Of a DNA stretch of 64,000 bases, positions 8,009 through 16,970 are shown one piece after another. Position 1 is the stretch's first letter. Each line of letters begins with the position of its first letter. This DNA comes from a virus, in IMG/VR virus record IMGVR_UViG_3300000115_000005; one strand, given 5' to 3'. The position numbers and the translations under genes were made by a program. Under the pieces are notes generated by a model. It was not told the DNA's origin. It worked only from the letters and a program-made list of their open reading frames with translations, and made no database searches.

Positions 8009-9049
8009 TTATACTTTCTTCCAGAATGTTAATTTACTAAGAGCTCTTAAGCAACAAAACGTATTTGTACTTATAATCTTCTTGAGTTCGTTTTGCGTAT
8101 ATCCAGATAAAATCATCTCATTTATATCTTTTTCTTTTATTGATTGCGGCCAAATAACAATGTGATGTCCACGCTTCACAGCATCATACATTAGTTTACA
8201 TACCTCTACATTTCTTGGTTCATTGTCAAAGATTAGTATTTTATCTTGTTTATCTACATTTGTCAAGTCCTCCGCAATAATTGATAAATTAGCATCGCCT
8301 GATGCAATACAATTGTCTAAGAACAACGAATCAAGAGGACCTTCAACAATATAAACTATATCATCTAAATCCACACGGTCAAGCCCATAAACTAATTTAT
8401 TTTCAGATTTATTTGTTCTTAGTGTTACATATCTTAATCTACTATCACCTGATTCAAGAGCTCTTCCTGAGATCGCAAAAATCTCATCATTCTCATCATA
8501 GAATGGTATTACAAGCCTTGCATCTGGTGTGAGTTTCATATCATTATCTGGCATCATACTCTGAACAAACATTTTATAATCAGGTGTAAACAATAATTTA
8601 CTAAAATACTTGTTCGGTATTTTTCTTTGCTTTGCATATGACTTACAAAAGTGATTATCTGGTAAATCTGATAACCACTCACCATGTTCAAAGTTTTGTT
8701 TTTTTACTTTTCCAAATTTTGGTGGCTTGATATTTTCAAATTTCGGCTTCTGGTAATTTGAAAATCCCGACTCACCTGACTTATATCGCTCGAGTATGAA
8801 CTCTTTGTATATCTCTGCATCAAACTGTTTAATGAAATTGCCAAGACTGAGGCTAGAGCCACAGTTATGACAACGGTAGAATAAATTATTTCCTTTAGAA
8901 TAGACATAGCCCCTTGCTTTTAATAAATTTTTCTTACTATCACCACAAATTGGGCAAGAAAAATTCCACAAGTAGTCTTTCTTCTGTTTGAAGTTTCTTA
9001 ATCTATGTGATAGTAAACGGATGTATTTTGATTCAACTGATAATGACAT
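8009..9049 (-). CDS. 61: DNA primase, T4 gp61-like
   Basis: CPICGDS..CHNC Zn finger; VEGPLDS and FDNEPRN TOPRIM motifs. Confidence 0.95.
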   Translation of the reverse strand: MSLSVESKYIRLLSHRLRNFKQKKDYLWNFSCPICGDSKKNLLKARGYVYSKGNNLFYRCHNCGSSLSLGNFIKQFDAEIYKEFILERYKSGESGFSNYQKPKFENIKPPKFGKVKKQNFEHGEWLSDLPDNHFCKSYAKQRKIPNKYFSKLLFTPDYKMFVQSMMPDNDMKLTPDARLVIPFYDENDEIFAISGRALESGDSRLRYVTLRTNKSENKLVYGLDRVDLDDIVYIVEGPLDSLFLDNCIASGDANLSIIAEDLTNVDKQDKILIFDNEPRNVEVCKLMYDAVKRGHHIVIWPQSIKEKDINEMILSGYTQNELKKIISTNTFCCLRALSKLTFWKKV

Positions 9050-9074
9050 AGTTACTACTATATCATGTATAAAA

Positions 9075-9584
9075 CTATATTACAAGTGATAATATGGTGG
9101 ATAAGTCTAGTTTACCCAAGAAAAATGAAGCCGTAACTGCTACACCTAAAACAAGCCATTTATATTTTTCTATTTCACCTACAGCTTTAGACCACCTACT
9201 TTTATCTATTTTTTTATGGTCTAATAAATCTTTTCTGAGAGAATCGAGTCTTAAATTAATAGATGATTCTATTTGATCTATTCTCTCATGTACAGATGTG
9301 ATTTGAATAGGCACTTGGTCTATTCTATCATGAACTTCTCTTGAAACTGAGGTAACTCTAGAATGTAATTCTTTTATGTCATTCTTTACATTACCTTTTT
9401 GCTTCTCATTTTGATCTAGCTTTTCTTCATGTAGTGATAACATTTGTAAAACATTGACGTTTAACTCCTGTATCTTATCAATGGATATGGATAGTTTTTC
9501 TAATAGTTTATTGGTTTGATTTATATCTCTTTTCAATAAACCAACATCAAGCTTTAGTTCTTGTATTTCTCTAGTGTCTGGCAT
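9075..9584 (-). CDS. coiled-coil protein with C-terminal TM helix (possible holin-like)
   Basis: heptad pattern; KWLVLGVAVTASFFLG tail; near the spanins. Confidence 0.6.
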   Translation of the reverse strand: MPDTREIQELKLDVGLLKRDINQTNKLLEKLSISIDKIQELNVNVLQMLSLHEEKLDQNEKQKGNVKNDIKELHSRVTSVSREVHDRIDQVPIQITSVHERIDQIESSINLRLDSLRKDLLDHKKIDKSRWSKAVGEIEKYKWLVLGVAVTASFFLGKLDLSTILSLVI

Positions 9585-9811
9585 TACAAAATCGCTGAAA
9601 TTGTTGCAATGGATTTCTCTATTGTCCTTTGTAGTTCTTGTTTACGAAATAACTCATCAGATGTTTTAGTTATGGCATTAGAAGCTTCCAAGCCCTCTAA
9701 AAGGTCTTTATATTCAGATGGACTAATATTACCATCTACATATTCTTTTTCTATTTCTTTAAATGCAATTTCAGCTTCTGTAAGAGTAATTGTATCTTCT
9801 TTCATCTTCAT
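9584..9811 (-). CDS. hypothetical protein
   Basis: likely start MKMKED at 9811 with AAGGA RBS. Confidence 0.65.
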   Translation of the reverse strand: MKMKEDTITLTEAEIAFKEIEKEYVDGNISPSEYKDLLEGLEASNAITKTSDELFRKQELQRTIEKSIATISAIL

Positions 9812-9818
9812 ATTTTCC

Positions 9819-9983
9819 TTAACTGAGTTTAATTGGTGCAAATGCCCAAGCACCCGCAACTATTAAGAGTATGGTCAAAATAGCTATACCATATATCCAA
9901 AATTTAATTATTGGTCCCCATTCTGCACTTCCTGATTGCTTTTTGGGATCTTTTTCCCAACTCAACCATTTTAGCCATTTCAT
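9819..9983 (-). CDS. small single-pass membrane protein (54 aa, not in ORF track)
   Basis: MKWLKWLSWEKDPKK..IIKFWIYGIAILTILLIVAGAWAF; ATGA overlap with the upstream gene. Confidence 0.65.
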   Translation of the reverse strand: MKWLKWLSWEKDPKKQSGSAEWGPIIKFWIYGIAILTILLIVAGAWAFAPIKLS

Positions 9984-10387
9984 CTGGTTTTGCTCCCGAT
10001 AACTCGTTGCATTTGTTCAGCAGCTGCTGAAATTTGTTTCAATTTTAATCTACAATAGGTATTTGAAACATTACCTCCGGTATCATATCGAGATTTAAAA
10101 TCCAAAATTAAATTATGTAAATCTACTAAAAGATTATGTGTATCTTCATTTCTTGGTATGTGCTGTGTATAATTAACAGCAAACATTGAACTATTATATA
10201 GTTGATCAACAAGTGCATAATTAAAAACTCTAGCATCACAAAATGGTATTGAAATCTGTGATATAGTTTTAATTTGAGTAACACTCATATATTCATTATT
10301 ATCATATTTTGATGTTCTATAAGCATCAATCACACTACAACCAGATAAGATTAATATTACACTAATTAACGCTATCGTCTTTTTCAT
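9980..10387 (-). CDS. lipoprotein
   Basis: signal peptide and lipobox LSGC. Confidence 0.75.
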   Translation of the reverse strand: MKKTIALISVILILSGCSVIDAYRTSKYDNNEYMSVTQIKTISQISIPFCDARVFNYALVDQLYNSSMFAVNYTQHIPRNEDTHNLLVDLHNLILDFKSRYDTGGNVSNTYCRLKLKQISAAAEQMQRVIGSKTR

Positions 10388-10745
10388 AGTAACCCTTATA
10401 CTTTAATATAATTATTCTTTGTGTATTAATAAAGTTTCTTATTTCAGCCATATTGATTGATAATTTTTCATAACCTTCATCTGTAAGGCCGAATAAAACT
10501 AAATCTTCATTTTTCTTTTTTAGTTTCTTCCAAACTTTATCAACATTATCTGGTGTAATTACAACCCATTCTATTTTTTCAGGTTGTAATGGTTTTGGTG
10601 ACTCTATATTTAGTTTAATTCTTTCAACGGCCACCTCTTTTACTTCAATGGGTTGTACATCATCTTCCCAAAATTTAGGTAGTATTGAACACCCGTTAAT
10701 GAAAAATAGGGATGTAAGAAGGATTAGCGATAGTTGGACATTCAC
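10362..10745 (-). CDS. o-spanin-like outer-membrane lipoprotein
   Basis: lipobox INGC, Pro-rich segment, YEKLSINMAEIRNFI..Q..II..YK.YY tail; overlaps the i-spanin candidate. Confidence 0.7.
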   Translation of the reverse strand: MNVQLSLILLTSLFFINGCSILPKFWEDDVQPIEVKEVAVERIKLNIESPKPLQPEKIEWVVITPDNVDKVWKKLKKKNEDLVLFGLTDEGYEKLSINMAEIRNFINTQRIIILKYKGYYEKDDSVN

Positions 10746-11193
10746 GATTTATTGTACTTTCTGTTTTTGCATTTCGTTCTTTTTCTGTGATAGTTGCACC
10801 TGAAGCTATTTCTAGGCATCTAAGTGCGTTTCTTGTGCCACGATTAATAAGTCTTTCCATTGCTCTAGGTTTTCTCATGGCTATTTTTCCAATATCTCTA
10901 GATTCACCTTTTGCATTTACATTAAACTTATCAAAAAGATTTTTTACTTCATTTCTTTGTCTTTCTAATTCATCACTCACCTCTTGATTGATTTCTTTTA
11001 TCATGTCAATATCATACATCATCTGGTCAATTACATCATTTTGATTAGACAAGGATTCTTCTAGTATTTTATTATTTGATTCAGATGTGGCTAACTGTGC
11101 CTTGAGATTTGTAACATACCAAAGTCCACCTGCAATTATAATAACAATACCAAGATAACATAAAACTTTTATCACACTTAAAACATTAAACAT
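10696..11193 (-). CDS. i-spanin-like inner-membrane coiled-coil protein
   Basis: N-terminal TM helix, coiled coil, C-terminal Cys; overlaps the lipoprotein gene. Confidence 0.7.
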   Translation of the reverse strand: MFNVLSVIKVLCYLGIVIIIAGGLWYVTNLKAQLATSESNNKILEESLSNQNDVIDQMMYDIDMIKEINQEVSDELERQRNEVKNLFDKFNVNAKGESRDIGKIAMRKPRAMERLINRGTRNALRCLEIASGATITEKERNAKTESTINRECPTIANPSYIPIFH

Positions 11194-11647
11194 TTTTCCT
11201 CTTCATATACATTATGAATGGCATCAATTTTTTCTTTTTTCTTTTTACTGGAACTCCTGGTTCACCTTGAGGGCCAACACCAAGACCTGCGACTTTTCCA
11301 CCACCTACACTATTTACTGGTGCATCTTCGTTTCTTGGTACACAATTAGGCACCCTTTTACCCTTTTTCATTTTAAAACCAACTTGTTTATGTGAATCCC
11401 AACAAGCTTCCTTTTTAAGTGTTTCTTCGTCCATGAAATGTCCACTTTTTGGTATTTTTACGTTTACTGTGTCTGCTGTTTTACCTTGACCAGCCTTTAA
11501 AAGTTCTTTCATATATTTTGCACTATATGGCCTACCAGCTTCTTTCAATGATCTTTTTTTACGACCAGCACAATGAGCCTTTTGACTAAAGCCTTTGGGG
11601 TTGCTACAATCAATACTTCTTTTGTACTTGTCCGACCAACTACTCAT
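11186..11647 (-). CDS. basic modular protein, probable head-internal protein
   Basis: CSNPKGFSQKAHC and CWD..KRVPNCVP modules separated by LKE/NE linkers. Confidence 0.65.
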   Translation of the reverse strand: MSSWSDKYKRSIDCSNPKGFSQKAHCAGRKKRSLKEAGRPYSAKYMKELLKAGQGKTADTVNVKIPKSGHFMDEETLKKEACWDSHKQVGFKMKKGKRVPNCVPRNEDAPVNSVGGGKVAGLGVGPQGEPGVPVKRKKKKLMPFIMYMKRKNV

Positions 11648-12035
11648 CTATTTTCCTTAGTTTTTCTGCTGTACTCATATCAATTGATATTGATGATGAA
11701 TATAAATTATTATTTTTTATACCTAATATCTTATCTGGCATAATATTTAAAAATGTTAGATAAGTTTTTAATATAGAATAATCTTCTTTATCTACTTTAA
11801 AAAATAATAATCTACTTGTTACTGATGGTCCAAATACATTAACTAAAACTGTTAAGTGATTTAAAACCAACCTTTCTTTTATATCACTTGGTTTTCTGTG
11901 CCTACGAAAGAGTCTTTTTAAATAATTTATTCTTTTTAAATCATCTTTAAATTCACTCATTACATAGTTTGGTTTCTCATAAGCTTTTATAGCATATAAA
12001 ATCCAGTTTTCATTATTTAAATTTTCAAAAGACAA
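11640..12035 (-). CDS. conserved T4-like phage hypothetical protein
   Basis: EFKDDLKRINYLKRLF..ERLVLNHL..LVNVFG. Confidence 0.8.
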   Translation of the reverse strand: MSFENLNNENWILYAIKAYEKPNYVMSEFKDDLKRINYLKRLFRRHRKPSDIKERLVLNHLTVLVNVFGPSVTSRLLFFKVDKEDYSILKTYLTFLNIMPDKILGIKNNNLYSSSISIDMSTAEKLRKIDE

Positions 12036-12044
12036 ATTATTTTC

Positions 12045-12479
12045 CTATACTCTTTTTCCCTCATCTAATAAAAGTTCAGCTATTCGTTTTTCATCACCAA
12101 CTTCAGCGTAAAACTCAAAGCGACCACTTTCATGAGAGAGATCGAAAATTATGTAAATTTTATATCCTGAATCTTGTCCGTATTGTAGTAAATCAATACC
12201 AAGTTCTTCACCTTCTTGATCTGGCCTATATGTAACTGGTAAATAAGAACCGAATCTTTCAAGTGCTTTATTGATTGATGATATACCTTCCTCTGGCACT
12301 CGAAACCCTACTCGTAAGTAATTAAGTAAATAATAATTGACTTGCGATCTAATTTTAGGGTTGCGGAAAAGTGAGGAGTTCTCACCCCAATCCTTTGCAG
12401 GAAGGTCGTGGAACTCCTCGGCTTGGTCAACTTCCACAGTTGTGGTAGTTTCTTTGAGGAAATCTCTATACTTTTTCAT
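12045..12479 (-). CDS. hypothetical protein with capsid-targeting-like N-terminus
   Basis: MKKYRDFLKE start; TAATG coupling to the upstream gene. Confidence 0.7.
   Translation of the reverse strand: MKKYRDFLKETTTTVEVDQAEEFHDLPAKDWGENSSLFRNPKIRSQVNYYLLNYLRVGFRVPEEGISSINKALERFGSYLPVTYRPDQEGEELGIDLLQYGQDSGYKIYIIFDLSHESGRFEFYAEVGDEKRIAELLLDEGKRV
12304..12460 (-). ncRNA. candidate structured RNA element within a CDS
   Basis: GAGGAGTTC/GAACTCCTC stem with inner GCAA tetraloop; AACCCTA/TAGGGTT enclosing GCAA and UACG hairpins. Confidence 0.4.
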
Positions 12480-13132
12480 TAACTCTTATCGAAAACCGCA
12501 TTACTAGCAGCTGAATCACCAGACATAGAACCCATTGCAACTAAGGTTTCAGTCTGTATTCTACCTGCACGACCACCAACTGTAATTGAAAACACAGCAT
12601 TTGTGACTGCCTTACCTGTTAGCACAGCGGTATTTTGTTTAAAGTGTGTATCAGTATATACATTAGCGATAGCTGGTGTGTTAGCATATAAACCAAAACT
12701 ATTACCAATTATAATTCCATCAATAAATCCAGTTGTATTGACTGTAATTTCAACATTAGCGGCTATTTGTCCTGAACCACCTTTGCCTCCACCACCAGTA
12801 AAGATTTTAACAAAAGAGTTAACACCTTTTGCACCGGCATTTGCTGTGATAGATGTGATTGGACCTACACCAACTTTACGAGTTATCCAACCAGCGTGTG
12901 TTGGTATTCCAGTACCATCTCCAGTAGCTACATTTGCAACTGCTGATGATGTTTCAACTGTACTTAGACCGAAAATACCTAAAGCGGCTTTATCAATAAA
13001 ATCTCCGATTGCTGTGTTAGCGTAATAGACCTGACCATTACTAGTTACCTGAGGTGTATCACCACCATAACCAGTTGTGTCTGTCTGTTTTGGCGCATTG
13101 TTCCCTGCGTTTAAATTTCCCCAAAGCGACAT
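12479..13132 (-). CDS. putative virion structural protein
   Basis: MSLWG..HAGW..GGRAGRIQTETLVAM; Gly/Thr/Asn rich; has its own late promoter. Confidence 0.7.
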   Translation of the reverse strand: MSLWGNLNAGNNAPKQTDTTGYGGDTPQVTSNGQVYYANTAIGDFIDKAALGIFGLSTVETSSAVANVATGDGTGIPTHAGWITRKVGVGPITSITANAGAKGVNSFVKIFTGGGGKGGSGQIAANVEITVNTTGFIDGIIIGNSFGLYANTPAIANVYTDTHFKQNTAVLTGKAVTNAVFSITVGGRAGRIQTETLVAMGSMSGDSAASNAVFDKS

Positions 13133-13160
13133 TTTTTTCTCCTTTTAAAATGTTATATAC

Positions 13161-13168
13161 TATTTATA
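13161..13168 (-). promoter_or_regulatory. T4-type late promoter TATAAATA
   Basis: exact motif upstream of the AAGGAG RBS of the 13132 gene. Confidence 0.75.
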
Positions 13169-14714
13169 TCTTATTATCGTTGTCATTGGAAGGATTATCA
13201 GGTCTCATGATCTGACTTGTTAAGGTCGGATCTGATTCAAATTTATCTTTAACAACTAAATTATTTTCTTTCTTTTTTCTAACTTTTTTAACTTTTTCAA
13301 AAATGCTTGTATTTTCATCTTGCATCGCTAACTTTGTTGCTGTTGCATACATTACATTTTTAGCATCATCACCATATCTGTCTTTAAAACCTTTCATTTT
13401 AGGTTTCATAGACATTACAATTTTTTCACGTTTTTTCATTTGACCATCAGTCATATGACCTTCACTTACACCCATCTTTTGACGTTGCAATATTTTTTTA
13501 GTTTGTATCTTATCATCAGCTTTTTGAATACCTTGCATCCTTTTTTTTGCTTCTGGACTTGTTAATTTTCTACCTTTTCTAGGATCAATTTTATCCTCAT
13601 AATCATCCATTGCTTTATCTCTATAACTTCTTAATGTTCTTACATTAAGTTCATCAATCTGTTCAACTTCTTCATTTGTAGGGTATAAAAGGTAATCTCT
13701 CATACTATCCATATATGCAGCTGCAACGGCAAGTTTATTTGTCCACCAACTTGGTAATGACTCAACTGAACCCATCATAGCTAATCTAGTTTGTATATCA
13801 CCTGCATCTTCCATAATTGTTTTACATTTTCTCATAGCTGATGCTACATCTGTATGTCCATCTTCAAGTATTTCTGTTTCTTCATATTGGCCACTACCTT
13901 GAAAACCACCTTTTTGTATAGCTGTTGACATATCACCAAGTGTTGCTTGATCTTTTGTCATTTTTAAATTTCTTAAAAATTTCTTTTTACCTTTTTTTTC
14001 TGTTCCGCAATGACCTTCACTTACTGATTCAGATGGTGTCATTGTTACGGTTCTACCATAACTATCTTTACCAACTACTTTGGTATTTGGATTCTTTTTG
14101 CCTTGGTGATCATCATATCCTTTATTATAATCAGAAGCGTAAGGCCCGTAGTTGTCAGATGTTTCCCCTCTTTTATCTCCAGCTAATGCTTTTTTCTTGC
14201 CTAAGTTGTAGTGATATTTTGCTTCAGATTCATCAATATATTCTACTGACTCTGGAACTCCACCTTTCATTTTACGGCCTTTATCAACTAACTTACGAGC
14301 AGCTTTTGCTAAACCAGTTTGACGATTGCTGACCTTTCTAAAATCTTTTTTATCATCATATTCATTTTTACTCATGCTTTTGGCACCCATCTTATACGAT
14401 CTTCTAGCCAAATCACCACCAGCTTTTGTTGCGTAGTTACCCAAAGTCTTTGGTGATAGTTCATCAATCTGCTCTATATCTTCATTGGTTTTTTGTGTAA
14501 GTTTATTTGCAGCTCTACCAATACCAACTACTCTTTTCCGCATCTTCTGGCTTCTTTTCTCCCTGTCTGGGTCATTTTTTTTCGCATCACCACCTTTAAC
14601 CACAGACTGTACTATTTTTGCACCATGGTCCACACCTTTATCTCTAAGGTTATCTGCAGCTCCCATTTGATAACGAGCGAGAGTGTATTTACTGAGTTCT
14701 TTTAAAGTTTTCAT
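13164..14714 (-). CDS. modular putative head-internal polyprotein
   Basis: basic modules separated by acidic E-(V/I)-E-x-I-D-E linkers. Confidence 0.65.
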   Translation of the reverse strand: MKTLKELSKYTLARYQMGAADNLRDKGVDHGAKIVQSVVKGGDAKKNDPDREKRSQKMRKRVVGIGRAANKLTQKTNEDIEQIDELSPKTLGNYATKAGGDLARRSYKMGAKSMSKNEYDDKKDFRKVSNRQTGLAKAARKLVDKGRKMKGGVPESVEYIDESEAKYHYNLGKKKALAGDKRGETSDNYGPYASDYNKGYDDHQGKKNPNTKVVGKDSYGRTVTMTPSESVSEGHCGTEKKGKKKFLRNLKMTKDQATLGDMSTAIQKGGFQGSGQYEETEILEDGHTDVASAMRKCKTIMEDAGDIQTRLAMMGSVESLPSWWTNKLAVAAAYMDSMRDYLLYPTNEEVEQIDELNVRTLRSYRDKAMDDYEDKIDPRKGRKLTSPEAKKRMQGIQKADDKIQTKKILQRQKMGVSEGHMTDGQMKKREKIVMSMKPKMKGFKDRYGDDAKNVMYATATKLAMQDENTSIFEKVKKVRKKKENNLVVKDKFESDPTLTSQIMRPDNPSNDNDNKI

Positions 14715-15091
14715 CCTTTTCTCCAGCTTCCGCCTTTTGATTTATACCACTTAGAAGCCCAACCATTTGCATAAGCTGATGGATAAACATCAAACTTTGA
14801 TTTTGCTAATGATTTTGCTCTTGACCATAATTTAGGATTAGTTGGTACATTTTTTTCTTCTATGTACTCAACTTCTTCTTTATAAGAGGATTGACCTGGA
14901 CGACCACCATATAACTGAGCCTTCATTTGAAGTCTACCTTTAGCTTTGTCTATACCCATTGCTCTTTTTTTGGCCTTAGGTGTATTACCTTTCATATCCA
15001 TGGCTCGGTCAACTTGGTCATCTTCAGCTTTACTTTTATAACTTCTTAAAGTTTTAGTATCGAGTTCATCAATCTGCTCTATATCTTCATT
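14458..15091. repeat. 29-nt direct repeat encoding the NEDIEQIDEL linker (14458-14486 and 15063-15091; diverged copy near 13648-13676)
   Basis: identical agttcatcaatctgctctatatcttcatt in two adjacent genes. Confidence 0.85.
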
Positions 15092-16645
15092 TTGTTTTCT
15101 TAACTCTTTTGATACAGCAGGGTGTTGGGCGAGACCTTTATTGACCTTATCCATAGTCTTTACAGCACCGGTCATATTACCTTTTGCGAATCTCTTATCA
15201 CGAGCTATCCCAATAGCCTGCTTAACTTGCTTTTTTGAGGGGGTGCCCTCCTCTAACTGCTCAACTTCCTCATTAGTGGCTTTCTTAACTTCCATATACT
15301 CTATTGCTTCAGCAGTTTGCGGTCTTTTGAATGCTTGATACCCTGCTTTTATTTTTTTACCCAACTTTTTAATACCTTGTTGAGCTTTGTGACCAACTAA
15401 TCCTCCAACAGCTGCACCAACTGGTCCAGCCATCATTGCACCGCCAACTGCCCCAGCAGTAGCACCTAAAGCACCTTCATCTATCTCTTCATTTGCTTTT
15501 TGTTTGCTTAAAGGTAATGACATCTGTTTTGGTTTTGGTTTTTTTATCTTATTCATATCAGCCTGTGCTTTCTTCACAGCTGTATCAAAATCATGGCCAG
15601 CGTCCATGTGACCTGTAACCATATCTTTCATTCTACCTTCTTGAAGAGAAACACTTATTGCCTCTAATGGCGCCTCTTCAAGCATTGTTAGTTTATCAAA
15701 GAAAGAAGCTGACTCATTTACGTCTTTACCACTTACTTTGGTACCACGAACTATGTTTTGTCTAGCGCCATAACTACCTCTTTTCTTTGGCTCAGATTTT
15801 CTTGTCATTGCTTTTTTCATTGTTTGCTCTTCTTCACCACCTCTACCATAATCACTCGCACCATATTTGGCACCTTGAGCTAGTTTAGCCTTGTGTCTGG
15901 TAACTCCTTTTGGTAATACTTCAACTTCATTGACATATTCAACAGCTTCTTTAGAAACTTTCATACTGACTAAACGATCAGGTTTATCCATGGTCACGGT
16001 GCGTTTTGCAGGTTTTTTCTTTGCACGAAGCATCTTTAAATCTTCGGCATCTACTTTATTATTTTTATTCATGTCTAGTTTCTTTTGACCTCCGTGTAAT
16101 TCACCATGAGCCTCATCTACTGATTTGACATCTGGTAACATTTTTTCTATTCTTTCAGATTGGCTTTTGTGCATCTTTGAAGCACCAGCCAGTTCTTTAG
16201 AAATCTTTTTAAGTTTTTCTTTATCTTCACCTATTTGATTTCTATTATTTAAAGTTTGTAAAGGTACCATTCCATATTTTTCACGAATCACATTAATTTT
16301 TTCAACTATATCCGATTGTTCATTGGATAAAGGGGTGGATTGCATAGCATCTTGTGTTAGAGATTTGAGAGATTCGACATCTTCTTCACTCATAGTGTCT
16401 AAGGGTAGATCAAACACGTTTACATTTTCAACTTTAACTGCTTGTTGAAGTCCTTTAGCAACACCAGCTTCCTCTTCAGGTGTTTTCTTTTTTGAGGCTT
16501 TAGTTTGTGTTTTTTTCAACTCTTGGTCAAATTCTGTATTAGTAGGTTCTTCACTAAGCACTTGTGATACTGGTTGAACACCATACATAATCTTATTGAC
16601 CTCGTCTGTGACACTTTTAAGTGCCTCCGAATCTTTCGATTTCAT
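14711..16645 (-). CDS. modular putative head-internal polyprotein
   Basis: about 10 modules (EF-hand-like DMNKNNKVDAED, glycine zipper, YPSAYANGW domain) split by acidic (I/L/V)xE linkers. Confidence 0.65.
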   Translation of the reverse strand: MKSKDSEALKSVTDEVNKIMYGVQPVSQVLSEEPTNTEFDQELKKTQTKASKKKTPEEEAGVAKGLQQAVKVENVNVFDLPLDTMSEEDVESLKSLTQDAMQSTPLSNEQSDIVEKINVIREKYGMVPLQTLNNRNQIGEDKEKLKKISKELAGASKMHKSQSERIEKMLPDVKSVDEAHGELHGGQKKLDMNKNNKVDAEDLKMLRAKKKPAKRTVTMDKPDRLVSMKVSKEAVEYVNEVEVLPKGVTRHKAKLAQGAKYGASDYGRGGEEEQTMKKAMTRKSEPKKRGSYGARQNIVRGTKVSGKDVNESASFFDKLTMLEEAPLEAISVSLQEGRMKDMVTGHMDAGHDFDTAVKKAQADMNKIKKPKPKQMSLPLSKQKANEEIDEGALGATAGAVGGAMMAGPVGAAVGGLVGHKAQQGIKKLGKKIKAGYQAFKRPQTAEAIEYMEVKKATNEEVEQLEEGTPSKKQVKQAIGIARDKRFAKGNMTGAVKTMDKVNKGLAQHPAVSKELRKQNEDIEQIDELDTKTLRSYKSKAEDDQVDRAMDMKGNTPKAKKRAMGIDKAKGRLQMKAQLYGGRPGQSSYKEEVEYIEEKNVPTNPKLWSRAKSLAKSKFDVYPSAYANGWASKWYKSKGGSWRKG

Positions 16646-16661
16646 TTCTTTTTCTCCTTGT

Positions 16662-16970
16662 TTAGCAGTTCCATTTTCTTAAAGCTTTATTAATTCGGCT
16701 ATCTGGATCTCTAGCTGTTTTAGCTGAGGTTAGCTTCTTTTTCATGCCTTTCATTCTCCGGCAGAATGATAATCTTCTCTTAGCAGACTTTGAACCTTTT
16801 TTTAATTTACTTGGTTTTGTTGTAACTGCTGTTTGTAACTTTGATCCTGGATTTTCACGGCGATATGAGTCAACACCTTTTTGGTTTAAACCACCATCTG
16901 GATCTTTGCCAGCGGACCTTGTCCATGCAGGTGATTTATCTTCCTCTATAAACTGTATAAATTTTTTCAT
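16662..16970 (-). CDS. small basic protein with capsid-targeting-like N-terminus
   Basis: MKKFIQFIEE; KDPDGGLN, RRLSFCRRM and ALRKWNC motifs. Confidence 0.75.
   Translation of the reverse strand: MKKFIQFIEEDKSPAWTRSAGKDPDGGLNQKGVDSYRRENPGSKLQTAVTTKPSKLKKGSKSAKRRLSFCRRMKGMKKKLTSAKTARDPDSRINKALRKWNC

Noticed and set aside
13164-16645. CRISPR-like repeat-spacer array
   Set aside because: The repeats are in-frame coding linkers with irregular spacing of hundreds of nt; no cas genes
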